Positions 40,301 through 48,598 of a stretch of DNA of 64,000 nt are shown here, one piece after another. Positions within the stretch are counted from its first letter, which is position 1; every line of letters begins with the position of its first letter. The DNA comes from an uncultured virus (IMG/VR IMGVR_UViG_3300027801_001720). Lineage: Duplodnaviria > Heunggongvirae > Uroviricota > Caudoviricetes. The stretch lies in the IMG/VR virus record IMGVR_UViG_3300027801_001720, one strand, 5' to 3'. Both the position numbers and the translations under genes were made by a program. The notes beneath the pieces are model-generated. The model did not search any database. It was not told the origin of the DNA and worked only from the letters and a program-made list of their open reading frames with translations.

Positions 40301-43300
40301 TACTCGAACCATTGAGAGCATCTTCACATTGTGAATAATGTACTGCTGGTACTACAAAAAAACTTTTCTGATTACTATTAACGTTACGAGCGCCAAGTAT
40401 TACATCTTTTTGAACGTATGGATTAATCTCATCTACGTTAGATGATTTTATGTCTACCCATTGGCTTTGCGTTATGTACACATTACTATAAAAAGGAACA
40501 TTTACACTTGCGGCTGGTTTTTCTGCTCTCTGATTTTTAAAGTCATCTCTTTTTTGTATAACCTGTTGCTTGTGGTCAATGGTTGCCTGCTGTGATGGAT
40601 AGTTTAATGTTTTAGTAATAATCTTATCCCAAGATTCCATTAATAATTTTAATTGTAGAAAGGCTTTCTTATCAAGAACGTTGCCTTTCTCCGCCCATGC
40701 CTTCTTCTGCTCTGGGTCTTTTTCTTGTATTGCTCTATAATGATTCATTAAAACGTTTCTTATATAGTCTGTAACAACATGCGTACTTGCATTTCCAAAA
40801 GATCTACCATCAGTATCTTCGCCAGATCCAGATTTAATACCAGCTATAATCTTTTCACTACCTTTGACAAATTTGTCAATGGCATAATCTGAGTATCTGT
40901 CTGTGACCTCGCCTTCATAGTCTTTCTCTAACTCTGCATTGCTTTTAACTGACTTTAAGTATGCTTCTAGTGGTTTTGACATAGACTTTGTTGTTTTTAA
41001 ATACAACTCTGTGTTCTCGTCTTTCAAATCATCCAAAGTCTGTAATCTCTGTCTCAGTTTCATCATATACTTGCTTAGGAAATTATCTTCGTAACTGTCA
41101 TCACTGTATATGTTTTGATTATAAAACGTACTAACAGGTTCGTCATATTCAGGATATTTACTAGCAATTTTTAGTGCTTCCTTATAACCTTCTGGATTGT
41201 ACTGTATGCCGTTTTCAAAAGGAGCCGCATTGTTATGATAATTACCTTTTAATAATGAACTATAAAAATCGTTAAATTCTCTTTTGCTTTTACTTGCATT
41301 AATAACACTCTCGATATCTAATCTGTTCATGTCTGGACGCATTTTAGATATAGCATTAATTAAGTTGTCTATGTCTTTGTTGATATCAACGTCTGCATTA
41401 AACATACCCCATATTGCATTAACCAATACTTCTGTGTCTTGGTTCTTTAAAAACTCTGGAAGAGTGATTATATCTTTTTTAAGTAACTGTTCTAGTCCTT
41501 GTTTAATTGATGTTATTCGTTTTCTAGCAGTTATAGATTCGCCGGTCATGTTGATTGCTCCGGAATGGTCTACTACTTTTTCTGCTATCTCTTCGTATGT
41601 AATCTCATACCTTTTAAAGAAATTTCTAAATGAGCCTATTGTTTTAGCATTAGATTTTGCTCTAGAAGTACCAGTTATTAAATCATTACTTAGTTGTCCT
41701 AATACAACTCCTAACCTATCCATTGCTTCTTCTTTTTCTTTAACAGCTCTGATACTTGGTGGTTTAAGATGGGGTTGTACATAACCTCTCATAGGTTTGC
41801 CAAACGTTTCAGGTGCTTCGCTTATCAGTTTTGCAAACTCGGCATCGCCATAGTCTGCTGGTGCTTTGCCTGTGTCTGATAAAAATTTCTGCCATTTAGC
41901 CTTCCAATTAGTATCAGCATTCTTAAAACTTAATTTTTGCCATTCTTGTAATGCACTGGAGACATTTGCCATTCTGGTTACTGTTTCTACATAGTTGTCT
42001 GCACTAACTATAGTTTTAACTGCATCTATAACCATTATGTCTTCTTGGGACACACCTTCATCTTCTCTGTTTTTTACTCTTTCTTTATCTCTATCGCTAA
42101 TATCGTCTAATTTGTTAATTAGTTTGAATGCCGCTTTGATGTAATCCTCTTTAAAAGAACTTTCATCATACCCTGCTCTCATGCTGGTAGCATATCGTAT
42201 AACAGCCTTGGAAACTTTTGGAAAATTTAAATGATAATCTTCACCGCCGCCTATTCTAAACTCTATAAGATTAGTTCCTGTTTGACTATCTTTCTGAGAT
42301 TTAAAATGTATTGCTTGGAATTTGTCGTTACTGATTGCATCGTTTAATGTGGCTTCTAGTTGTTCAAAACTAGCCTGGTCGTTCATGTTCTGTTTTAATT
42401 TTTCTGTGGCTTTTTTTAAGTTGTCATATTGACTTTTAGCATAACTATTACCATCTCTGTTAAATGCTTGTAATAAGTATTTGTCACCTAGCAATAATGC
42501 CATCTTGGCTTTCATTGGTTCTGCGGCACTTGGTAAGCCGTTTCTTTCACCGTCCCAACTCATAGTAACATGCAGTCCAGTACTTCTATTTGTTGAACCA
42601 CCTTTATCATGTACCATATCAAAGAACTTATTCAATTCATTTAGCATGTTTCTAGGTTTAGTAAATACAGGAGAGATAATTTCTGCACCAGTACCACTAC
42701 CATCTATACTCGAATCTGTTTCAACAGCATACTCTGTTACATCTCCGGATGTCTCTCCATATCCGCCTGTATCTGGTCTGTGGTCATGAAATGCACTTTC
42801 CGTTTCAATCCATGTTTCCATAATATTCGCAACTTCTTGCAAGTCTGATCCGCCGGAAATTTCAATACCATAATCTTCACAGAAACTGGACATGCTGTAC
42901 CATGCATCATTTATCCAATCGTCATAATCATATGACTCACTGGCTTGTTCGTATGCCGCTTCTTTTACATAGTCATCGTCTTTTGCTCTGTCCTCTAAGA
43001 ATGATTCAAAATCACTTTCTCTTTCTTGGTCAATATATTCTCGTAACCAATTGTCATCGTCATATCCATACTCTTCTTCACATTCTTCTGGTTCTTTTTC
43101 ATATCGCTCATCGCCAAATTCACCTCTGAGTATTTCTTCCTTTTTATCGGCCCAATCATATTCTTCAATGTTTTCTGCTTCTGCAAATTCTTGATAGTAA
43201 TCGTCTCTGTTGCTTTCAACCCAATCACTAACAGCATCGTCCATGTATTCTTCTATTTTATTTTCATAGATCCAGTCAGTAAATCCTTCTGACAAACTAT

Positions 43301-44018
43301 CCCAATCTACTCCACCAAAATTATCATCAATCTCTGAGATTGAATAGTTATCTACGTCATCACTTTGCCCTTCTATATCGGACCAAAGAGTTTCTGCTTC
43401 AAATCCACATCTAATAGGTGAATCTAATGCTTCTTCTATGACTGTTTTTTTATTAAAGTTTACTTCAAATAATTTTTCATCTGCTTCTTTTAAATTTAAT
43501 CTTGCAAGACGTTTCACTTTTTTCATTTGTGAACGGTGTTTTGGCTTAATTTTGTTTAATGCTTTTTTGTGAACTTGTTTTGCTCTAGCACCTTCATCTA
43601 AATCAATATGTACCTCTTGTTCAGGATCTACAATGTTGTATTCTCCTTTAGGGTCCATAACAACTACTTTGTCTGGTGTTGGGCCTCTGCCTACTTTACT
43701 AATTACTGTACCTTGTAGTTCACCTTTATCATCTTTGTATTCTGTACCATCATCCAAGTCTAATGCTTTAATCTTTTTGAATGCTGGTTGTTGTTCTTTT
43801 GGATCAGGCTCTTTGACATCTATGCCTGTTATAGTAGGACTGCCTAAGTCTGGTGTAGGTGCTGTTGGTTCAATAGTCGGACTTCCGGTTGGTGTTGCTG
43901 TTGCTGTTGCTTTTGCAGTTGCACCAGTTTGTTGGTCAGATGTAGGTGTACTAGCACCTTGCTTCATGCCATACTCGACTAAGATACTTTCTAATGTTCT
44001 AACGTCTTTAAATTTCAT
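37332..44018 (-). CDS. 2228-aa multidomain protein: putative amidoligase (COOH-NH2 ligase) domain, KOW/SH3-like module, C-terminal restriction-endonuclease-like domain
   Basis: GFEAE...ETDSSI..GAEIISP...TNRSTGLHV...IEFRIGGG; VGDEVKVGKF; FGEI...PLVDS...ISSKGG. Confidence 0.7.
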   Translation of the reverse strand: MKFKDVRTLESILVEYGMKQGASTPTSDQQTGATAKATATATPTGSPTIEPTAPTPDLGSPTITGIDVKEPDPKEQQPAFKKIKALDLDDGTEYKDDKGELQGTVISKVGRGPTPDKVVVMDPKGEYNIVDPEQEVHIDLDEGARAKQVHKKALNKIKPKHRSQMKKVKRLARLNLKEADEKLFEVNFNKKTVIEEALDSPIRCGFEAETLWSDIEGQSDDVDNYSISEIDDNFGGVDWDSLSEGFTDWIYENKIEEYMDDAVSDWVESNRDDYYQEFAEAENIEEYDWADKKEEILRGEFGDERYEKEPEECEEEYGYDDDNWLREYIDQERESDFESFLEDRAKDDDYVKEAAYEQASESYDYDDWINDAWYSMSSFCEDYGIEISGGSDLQEVANIMETWIETESAFHDHRPDTGGYGETSGDVTEYAVETDSSIDGSGTGAEIISPVFTKPRNMLNELNKFFDMVHDKGGSTNRSTGLHVTMSWDGERNGLPSAAEPMKAKMALLLGDKYLLQAFNRDGNSYAKSQYDNLKKATEKLKQNMNDQASFEQLEATLNDAISNDKFQAIHFKSQKDSQTGTNLIEFRIGGGEDYHLNFPKVSKAVIRYATSMRAGYDESSFKEDYIKAAFKLINKLDDISDRDKERVKNREDEGVSQEDIMVIDAVKTIVSADNYVETVTRMANVSSALQEWQKLSFKNADTNWKAKWQKFLSDTGKAPADYGDAEFAKLISEAPETFGKPMRGYVQPHLKPPSIRAVKEKEEAMDRLGVVLGQLSNDLITGTSRAKSNAKTIGSFRNFFKRYEITYEEIAEKVVDHSGAINMTGESITARKRITSIKQGLEQLLKKDIITLPEFLKNQDTEVLVNAIWGMFNADVDINKDIDNLINAISKMRPDMNRLDIESVINASKSKREFNDFYSSLLKGNYHNNAAPFENGIQYNPEGYKEALKIASKYPEYDEPVSTFYNQNIYSDDSYEDNFLSKYMMKLRQRLQTLDDLKDENTELYLKTTKSMSKPLEAYLKSVKSNAELEKDYEGEVTDRYSDYAIDKFVKGSEKIIAGIKSGSGEDTDGRSFGNASTHVVTDYIRNVLMNHYRAIQEKDPEQKKAWAEKGNVLDKKAFLQLKLLMESWDKIITKTLNYPSQQATIDHKQQVIQKRDDFKNQRAEKPAASVNVPFYSNVYITQSQWVDIKSSNVDEINPYVQKDVILGARNVNSNQKSFFVVPAVHYSQCEDALNGSSIVNVQMKAGNDSQAWRLPKYKATLKAFYKIYGVSYQDLIDKANYKELDGEDRGKISKLFKIEFTKDGDGREGQGDFDTLIPKDEMQNPKSGEPLSSSARTMWTMNTGDSAIKQFDAYDWTQRTPEFKAQVYKLVSNGETFNRAFETVQDLKNRQEDTVTNDLLRVAGVSGDNYREDSSAAIARDTDWTELAQHLLGEPGANEQSSNLLRNIFDSLNDDYTKYRMTDDRPIVGMDRYLLAVRDAKTHIETNYTLTDGNYVANNSDVSGSYDTSPTRGRDPEQEPEQSIADARDFYPAFDNMMRDGMQNFMRSGKPVNDLVGFLTNSGNTSAMKDAVLQAIQFNKEGGGVPLDYDSALTLGSNRIAVANESVFNKFDALPLQEQLDILNKSKILEGKTTLNPPSIDVGDEVKVGKFKNSKATVKGFTTDKNGQPVLKTNKGDKPLYKPRVSKLEPKTVKESVPVIKTIKILNDLLADHFPVGDLKKQMLAFQAIPIPSMLDQFRELRAEAGDDACARGIVRYYTTALPKEQQDQIDLREWTKSKINSLVESKGIMGRVLGDRFQKGDDVLEFQSVNLYPTEQMEFESPEQRDDLIQQLEQELNSQIEWTNVPNRGSLSFGIAVFTDPELDDKLTYWGRYFKQKTVDMMGKWSNSQVPQGWKLQTAGAMKLDIGIDPQHLIKTDAPFNGVLEVIQAVKSNSAGNELSESLVNALETIHTQEHPVFPGQITNLPALRDYFGEIMGPVALMSEMVGGQADAAKADLLKGLSWSECSIFWPMAMNAPLVDSYFTAPDGTRVGISSKGGKGAKASVKNIQDAILKAPDEMKAQYQTTVKVVDIVQSNSAKDGPIRLAELYRILPQGLEQEINGYIQAGKQDYAGLSPACTELFNYGTPRQDVPGFNTGYAMLALLAKKVTRAINTAGPEFGQGCVAFLNQSSIVQLYCKMGKNGQDARVTGWEAVYPPNFQGTVEIDGSKNYYSSRIGGKFAFGFK

Positions 44019-44032
44019 TTATCTTCGCTTAC

Positions 44033-44314
44033 CTAACTTTTGTTTAGTTGTCTTAAACGTCTACTTGCTGGATTAAGTCTTTTTGTTCTTTGTGCTTTTC
44101 TACTAAGTCTCTTACCCATTTTTGCTTTTGTACGTTTTAATGTCATTCGCTTTTTCATGTTAATAGGTGCAGAACATTGACTTGCTTTAGATACAACTCT
44201 GCCTTTACGTCTACCTGATGTACACCTAACAGCACGTTTAATCGATTTGCCCATTTTACGCCATACCATACGGGCTTCAAAGATTTCTTCGTTTGCTATT
44301 TCTTCTAGTCTCAT
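44033..44314 (-). CDS. highly basic small protein
   Basis: Start moved to ATG 44314 (MRLEEIANEEIFEA), 1 nt after the upstream stop; R/K-rich. Confidence 0.65.
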   Translation of the reverse strand: MRLEEIANEEIFEARMVWRKMGKSIKRAVRCTSGRRKGRVVSKASQCSAPINMKKRMTLKRTKAKMGKRLSRKAQRTKRLNPASRRLRQLNKS

Positions 44315-44315
44315 A

Positions 44316-44813
44316 TTACCACTTCCTACATGACCAGTATCTGGCTTTTGTTTTTGGTCCTGGGTTCTCGCAATTATGTCTTGCTCTGAAACTTTTTCTA
44401 GCTTTGGGGTTTGATTTTCTAATACGCATTGTGCCGCCTTTAGCATCACCGCCTTGTCCAAAATTAACTTTTTTAACATTGCCTGTTTTAGGATCTTTAA
44501 CATAAACTTTAAACTTTTTAGAATCGCCTTGCATAGGCTTGTTTAGTTTAACTTTACGTCCTTGATATTCTGCTTCAAAAACATTTTCATCACATTCGCT
44601 ATATCCTATTACGCCAAATTCCTCATGAAAGTCTTGATTATCTTCTAATGTAATCTCACTACCACTACCATATGCTTCTTCTATAGTAGACTCTCCAACA
44701 AGTTTACCTTGCATAGGATGTGGACTTTGATGTCCTCTGCTTGGTTTTTGTAACTTAGGCTTTTTGTCCTTAGTCTTTGCTTGGTTAGGCTTTGTTAATT
44801 CATTTAATTTCAT
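44316..44813 (-). CDS. conserved T4-like marine phage protein (KSFRARHNC...ARYWSC type)
   Basis: KKFKVYVK..GNVKKVNFG, SFRARHNC, RYWSCRKW. Confidence 0.7.
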   Translation of the reverse strand: MKLNELTKPNQAKTKDKKPKLQKPSRGHQSPHPMQGKLVGESTIEEAYGSGSEITLEDNQDFHEEFGVIGYSECDENVFEAEYQGRKVKLNKPMQGDSKKFKVYVKDPKTGNVKKVNFGQGGDAKGGTMRIRKSNPKARKSFRARHNCENPGPKTKARYWSCRKW

Positions 44814-44814
44814 A

Positions 44815-45072
44815 TTACTGTCCGAAAAAGTTTACTAGTAAACCAACTACTAATGCAAGTAGTGTTGTGAACGATGTTCCAACTATTGCAACTAGCCAGT
44901 TTTCTATTTTGTTTAATCTGTGCTTAGTGTCTTCTTTAAATTCTCTAAGTTCTGTTGTTATGCTCTCAATACGGAGCATATCTGCTATGATGTGTGCTTC
45001 TAGGTTGTTAGATTCAGCATAGACTTGTCTACTTTGCTGTTCTATCTTTTGTTCTGGTATTGGTTCTTTCAT
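44815..45072 (-). CDS. coiled-coil protein with C-terminal TM helix (XhlA/holin-like architecture)
   Basis: Heptad region followed by WLVAIVGTSFTTLLALVVGLLV. Confidence 0.55.
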   Translation of the reverse strand: MKEPIPEQKIEQQSRQVYAESNNLEAHIIADMLRIESITTELREFKEDTKHRLNKIENWLVAIVGTSFTTLLALVVGLLVNFFGQ

Positions 45073-45476
45073 TATAATAGATCCTGTTTAGTAAATTCAG
45101 TGTTTATAGTATTTTTTGTATCTATAACACCCCCATTCAGCACAATTCCGTGTAATTCGTCTTTCAATGAATCAACTGTATGAGCTCCTGGTATTTCTGT
45201 AGCAAATTTAAAAATCCATCCTGCACCTGTTAAACTTGGTGCACCATAACTTTCTATTTGCTGAGAACCTATTCCATTTAATGCTACTGGATTATTCATC
45301 ACAGTAGGCATTGCTCTCAATCCTATACATTGAACTACACTTTCGAAGTCTTTTTGACTATCGTCGCTATAATTACCCGTTACTGTTATATTCAAAGTAG
45401 TAAACAAAGTAAAAAATTCTATATTACCAGTTAGTACTTCGACAGAGCTCATTGCTCCGCTTCTTATTAGACTCAT
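45072..45476 (-). CDS. putative structural protein
   Basis: AGGAG SD; ATAAATA at 45498-45504; loosely similar to 45585..45914. Confidence 0.6.
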   Translation of the reverse strand: MSLIRSGAMSSVEVLTGNIEFFTLFTTLNITVTGNYSDDSQKDFESVVQCIGLRAMPTVMNNPVALNGIGSQQIESYGAPSLTGAGWIFKFATEIPGAHTVDSLKDELHGIVLNGGVIDTKNTINTEFTKQDLL

Positions 45477-45526
45477 GTGTGTCTCCTGTATAACTTGTAT
45501 TTATCACATTAAGTGAAACAAGGCCC

Positions 45527-45559
45527 AAAAAAAATCCCCAACCTAAGCTGAGGATTTTT
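45527..45559 (-). terminator. Rho-independent terminator after the 109-aa gene
   Basis: Minus strand AAAAATCCTCAGC-TTAG-GTTGGGGATTTTT followed by further T's. Confidence 0.8.
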
Positions 45560-45584
45560 AAAAAGTTGTTAAACTCTATTAAAG

Positions 45585-45914
45585 TTAGACTACTCTGTAT
45601 TCACCTGCTGTTACAGTTGCGTTTGCTCCGCCACCTGTAAGTACTGATTTAATAGATGCTGTCATCTTTGTTACATCAGGGGATCCTTCAACACCAACGT
45701 GCATTACTGTTGCAGAAATGCTGTTGATTAGTACTGGTGTGCAATGAATTGATAATGCTTGAATTACTGCTTCACCTGGATCTGCGTCGCCTGTAGTAAA
45801 ACCAAAGTTACTGATATCATCAGTTCCGTCTACTTCGTCTATGATGAAGTGGCTTAAAGAACCAACTAATAGTTGTCCTTCTGCTACTGCACCGTTTACT
45901 CTTAATTGTGCCAT
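45585..45914 (-). CDS. putative abundant small virion structural protein
   Basis: Own ATAAATA box (45963-45969), 5' hairpin, AGGAG SD and terminator; A/G/T/V-rich. Confidence 0.65.
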   Translation of the reverse strand: MAQLRVNGAVAEGQLLVGSLSHFIIDEVDGTDDISNFGFTTGDADPGEAVIQALSIHCTPVLINSISATVMHVGVEGSPDVTKMTASIKSVLTGGGANATVTAGEYRVV

Positions 45915-46001
45915 GTTATTACTCCTAAATAGTATTGAATACTTTCGTATCCTGGTTAATAGTATTTATGCTGGAGTGGGGATTCTTAAACAGTTATGTT
46001 T

Positions 46002-46520
46002 TTAGGAATTAAATGTGTCTTTGGGTGCTTTGTTAGGCGTTCTAGCCATCTTAGTATATCTATCAGTTACTGCTTTTGTTAGGTCGCCGCCACTAGACAT
46101 AGCATCTTTTACGCCACTAACATAGCCATCTTTTCCAAAGTCTCTAATTGATGTGTATGCTTTCTTAATACCTTGTGCTATACTAGAGCCACCTTTAAAG
46201 GCATTTTGGTTGCCAAGTTGTGCACCACGTGTTTTTGCAGGTGCATTAGGGTCTGCTTTTTTACCTTTAGGTTGATTAAGTTTCATATTTGCAGTTCCAA
46301 ACTCTCTATCTACTTTGTCAGGCTTTCTAGCATCTCTTCTTCTCTGTTGTTGCATTACTGCTGATGCTTTATCTATTGCTTGATCCCAAGTTTTAATTTT
46401 GGGTAGTTGGTAAGCATATTGTATTGCTTTCATCATTTTAGGATCATCACCATACAAAATTTGTACATCACCTAATGTCATTGTTTCGTCGTCTTCTAAA
46501 ATAATGTCTTTAATTTGCAT
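46002..46520 (-). CDS. hypothetical protein with CTS-like N-terminus
   Basis: MQIKDIILED; ATAAATA 5 nt upstream. Confidence 0.65.
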   Translation of the reverse strand: MQIKDIILEDDETMTLGDVQILYGDDPKMMKAIQYAYQLPKIKTWDQAIDKASAVMQQQRRRDARKPDKVDREFGTANMKLNQPKGKKADPNAPAKTRGAQLGNQNAFKGGSSIAQGIKKAYTSIRDFGKDGYVSGVKDAMSSGGDLTKAVTDRYTKMARTPNKAPKDTFNS

Positions 46521-46528
46521 AACTGTAT

Positions 46529-47323
46529 TTATACCTTTTTACGACCACTTGCCCAGTAACCTGCAATGGCTCCGATACCAGCTCCAGTCTTACTGCTTAG
46601 TCTACCTTTAGTAACTTTAGGAAGTATTTTACTACCAGCATAAGCACCACCAATTGTAGCGGCGGCTCTTTTTAATTTACTTGTAGGTTTGCCTTTTTCT
46701 ATTTTATCAAATCTCCTACTAGTCTTCATAGCCATTAAGTTATTGAATATTTCTGAGCCTTTACCTTTTAGTCTAATACGCTGTATCATTTTTGCAATGA
46801 CGAATTGTTTCTGAGCGTACTTTAAATTACCCCAGTCTAATATCAAACGTCTCCATTGCTTATAAATAGGGTCTTTAATTTTTAGTTGTGATTCTAATCT
46901 TATAAAGTATGAACTTGCTTCACTTCTACTTGGTGTATACCTAGCAATCTTATTCATAAACATGTAATGCTGTCTATTATTAAAACTAAGTGTCTTTAAA
47001 TGGTCTCTATCTTTGTTTTTTAACTTTAAACCTTGGTATTCTGGTTGATTAATAGCAAAGCCTAGCATGTATATATCCGTTGAACTAGTCCTAAACGCTG
47101 AATAAGGACCATATTGTGTAGTTTTTCTTGCGTATGCTGTTCCGTAATCTTGCTGTTCCCCATCTAATGCAAACATATAAACTGCAAGTGTTTCTAAATA
47201 TAACAAGTCTGCAATATCTGTACCTGCAAGACGTGAAAAACTAGCAGTAAACCTAAACAGTCTACTTTCACTAAGTTCTGTATCGATTAATTGATACATG
47301 TCCTGTTTTTCGTCTTCTATCAT
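46529..47323 (-). CDS. hypothetical protein with C-terminal glycine-zipper-like helices
   Basis: ELSESRLFR; AATIGGAYAG...GAGIGAIAG. Confidence 0.65.
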   Translation of the reverse strand: MIEDEKQDMYQLIDTELSESRLFRFTASFSRLAGTDIADLLYLETLAVYMFALDGEQQDYGTAYARKTTQYGPYSAFRTSSTDIYMLGFAINQPEYQGLKLKNKDRDHLKTLSFNNRQHYMFMNKIARYTPSRSEASSYFIRLESQLKIKDPIYKQWRRLILDWGNLKYAQKQFVIAKMIQRIRLKGKGSEIFNNLMAMKTSRRFDKIEKGKPTSKLKRAAATIGGAYAGSKILPKVTKGRLSSKTGAGIGAIAGYWASGRKKV

Positions 47324-48597
47324 GTTGTTGGTTTCCCGGAACCAAAGTTAATTCTGCTAAATTCTAATCTATCTACAAGTTTTAATGCATTACCCATTCT
47401 GTCAACTGCAACAAAACCTTCTTCTCCAGTAACGTCAAATCCTTTATCCGTTTGTACAAAAGTATCCATAACACGGATTTGTTCTAACTTTTTAACTACT
47501 TTAATCTTTGCTTCTATAATTTTTAAGTATAAATCGTATACACTTATAATACCTTGAATGTGTTGTTTAATAAATTTAACACCTTCTATCATTGATTCTG
47601 TTTTTCTATCTTTAGTTGCTTGAGTTTTTACTTTGTCAATCTCTTTAGTCATAAAGTCTATGTACTTTTGTATAAACCCTTGTGCAAACTTTGTAGGTTC
47701 ATCAAAAGAACCTTGTCTTACTTGATTGTTTGCGTGTGCTTTTAGTTGTTGTAAAAAGTTCTTACCTATTAAGTCTGTGCCTTGTCCTAACCATGCAAAT
47801 GTTTCACTGTCAACAGTTTTTAAATATTGGTCTGCATGGCTAATAGCCTGCATAATGTCTGCACTTTCACCAGCAGTGAATGTTACAGTACCGCTTAGGT
47901 CTTTAATAATTGCATCTCTGTGCCAAACACCAGGTGCTTGTCCTAACACACTACTGTCAAAGCCAAACTTTGCTGTAGTATCTGCTAATGTAGGTCCACC
48001 TACATATTCTGTATGCCACACAATACCTATTTCACTTTTAATAATATCACTAGAAAGTTTAGTTTGGCTTGGTACTGCATAAGTTATAGTATTAGGTGAA
48101 AAAGTTAAATAATTTTTACCATCTATTTCTTGTTCGCTTAATGTGTCTTTTGCAAAAAGGAAATCTCCTTGTGCTACAGTAGTCCATCTCAAACGTTTTA
48201 ATGTATTCAGTGCAAGTATAAGTTTTTCTTGTAAACCTTCACTAGGATGATTTACTTTTATGTCTGCAACTGTATAATTAATTTTAGGATTGTTAGCAAA
48301 CACTCCTTTAGTACCTACAAAAAATTTACCTGTTGCTGGATCTTTACCGCATACAATAGCAGGAGCACCGTCCCATTTAGTTGTCATTGATACTGGAGAG
48401 TTTGTACTGCCGGATAACATTTCATGTAAACTGTACAAATAGTTAATTGCTTCTTTGGCACCGTCATATCCTTTGTTGAATATGTTATCTTCTAGATGCT
48501 CTAAGTGAGTATTTTTGCCTTCTTTACCTTCGTTCTGTAAAGCTGACTCTGTGAGCAGTCGAGTAACAAGAGGCTTTGTAAACTCTTGGAACTTCAT
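47320..48597 (-). CDS. DUF6267-like protein, ATP-dependent ligase/nucleotidyltransferase-like
   Basis: NTHLEHLED, TTKWDGAPA (KxDG), QGDFLF, EGFV, KLVDRLEFS. Confidence 0.7.
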   Translation of the reverse strand: MKFQEFTKPLVTRLLTESALQNEGKEGKNTHLEHLEDNIFNKGYDGAKEAINYLYSLHEMLSGSTNSPVSMTTKWDGAPAIVCGKDPATGKFFVGTKGVFANNPKINYTVADIKVNHPSEGLQEKLILALNTLKRLRWTTVAQGDFLFAKDTLSEQEIDGKNYLTFSPNTITYAVPSQTKLSSDIIKSEIGIVWHTEYVGGPTLADTTAKFGFDSSVLGQAPGVWHRDAIIKDLSGTVTFTAGESADIMQAISHADQYLKTVDSETFAWLGQGTDLIGKNFLQQLKAHANNQVRQGSFDEPTKFAQGFIQKYIDFMTKEIDKVKTQATKDRKTESMIEGVKFIKQHIQGIISVYDLYLKIIEAKIKVVKKLEQIRVMDTFVQTDKGFDVTGEEGFVAVDRMGNALKLVDRLEFSRINFGSGKPTT

Positions 48598-48598
48598 T

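Noticed and set aside
44019..44045. Possible frameshift at the end of the basic protein (one extra A would give ...KKLGKRR* abutting the next ATG)
   Set aside because: Current frame ends cleanly with TAG; no independent evidence; could only be judged from reads or homologues
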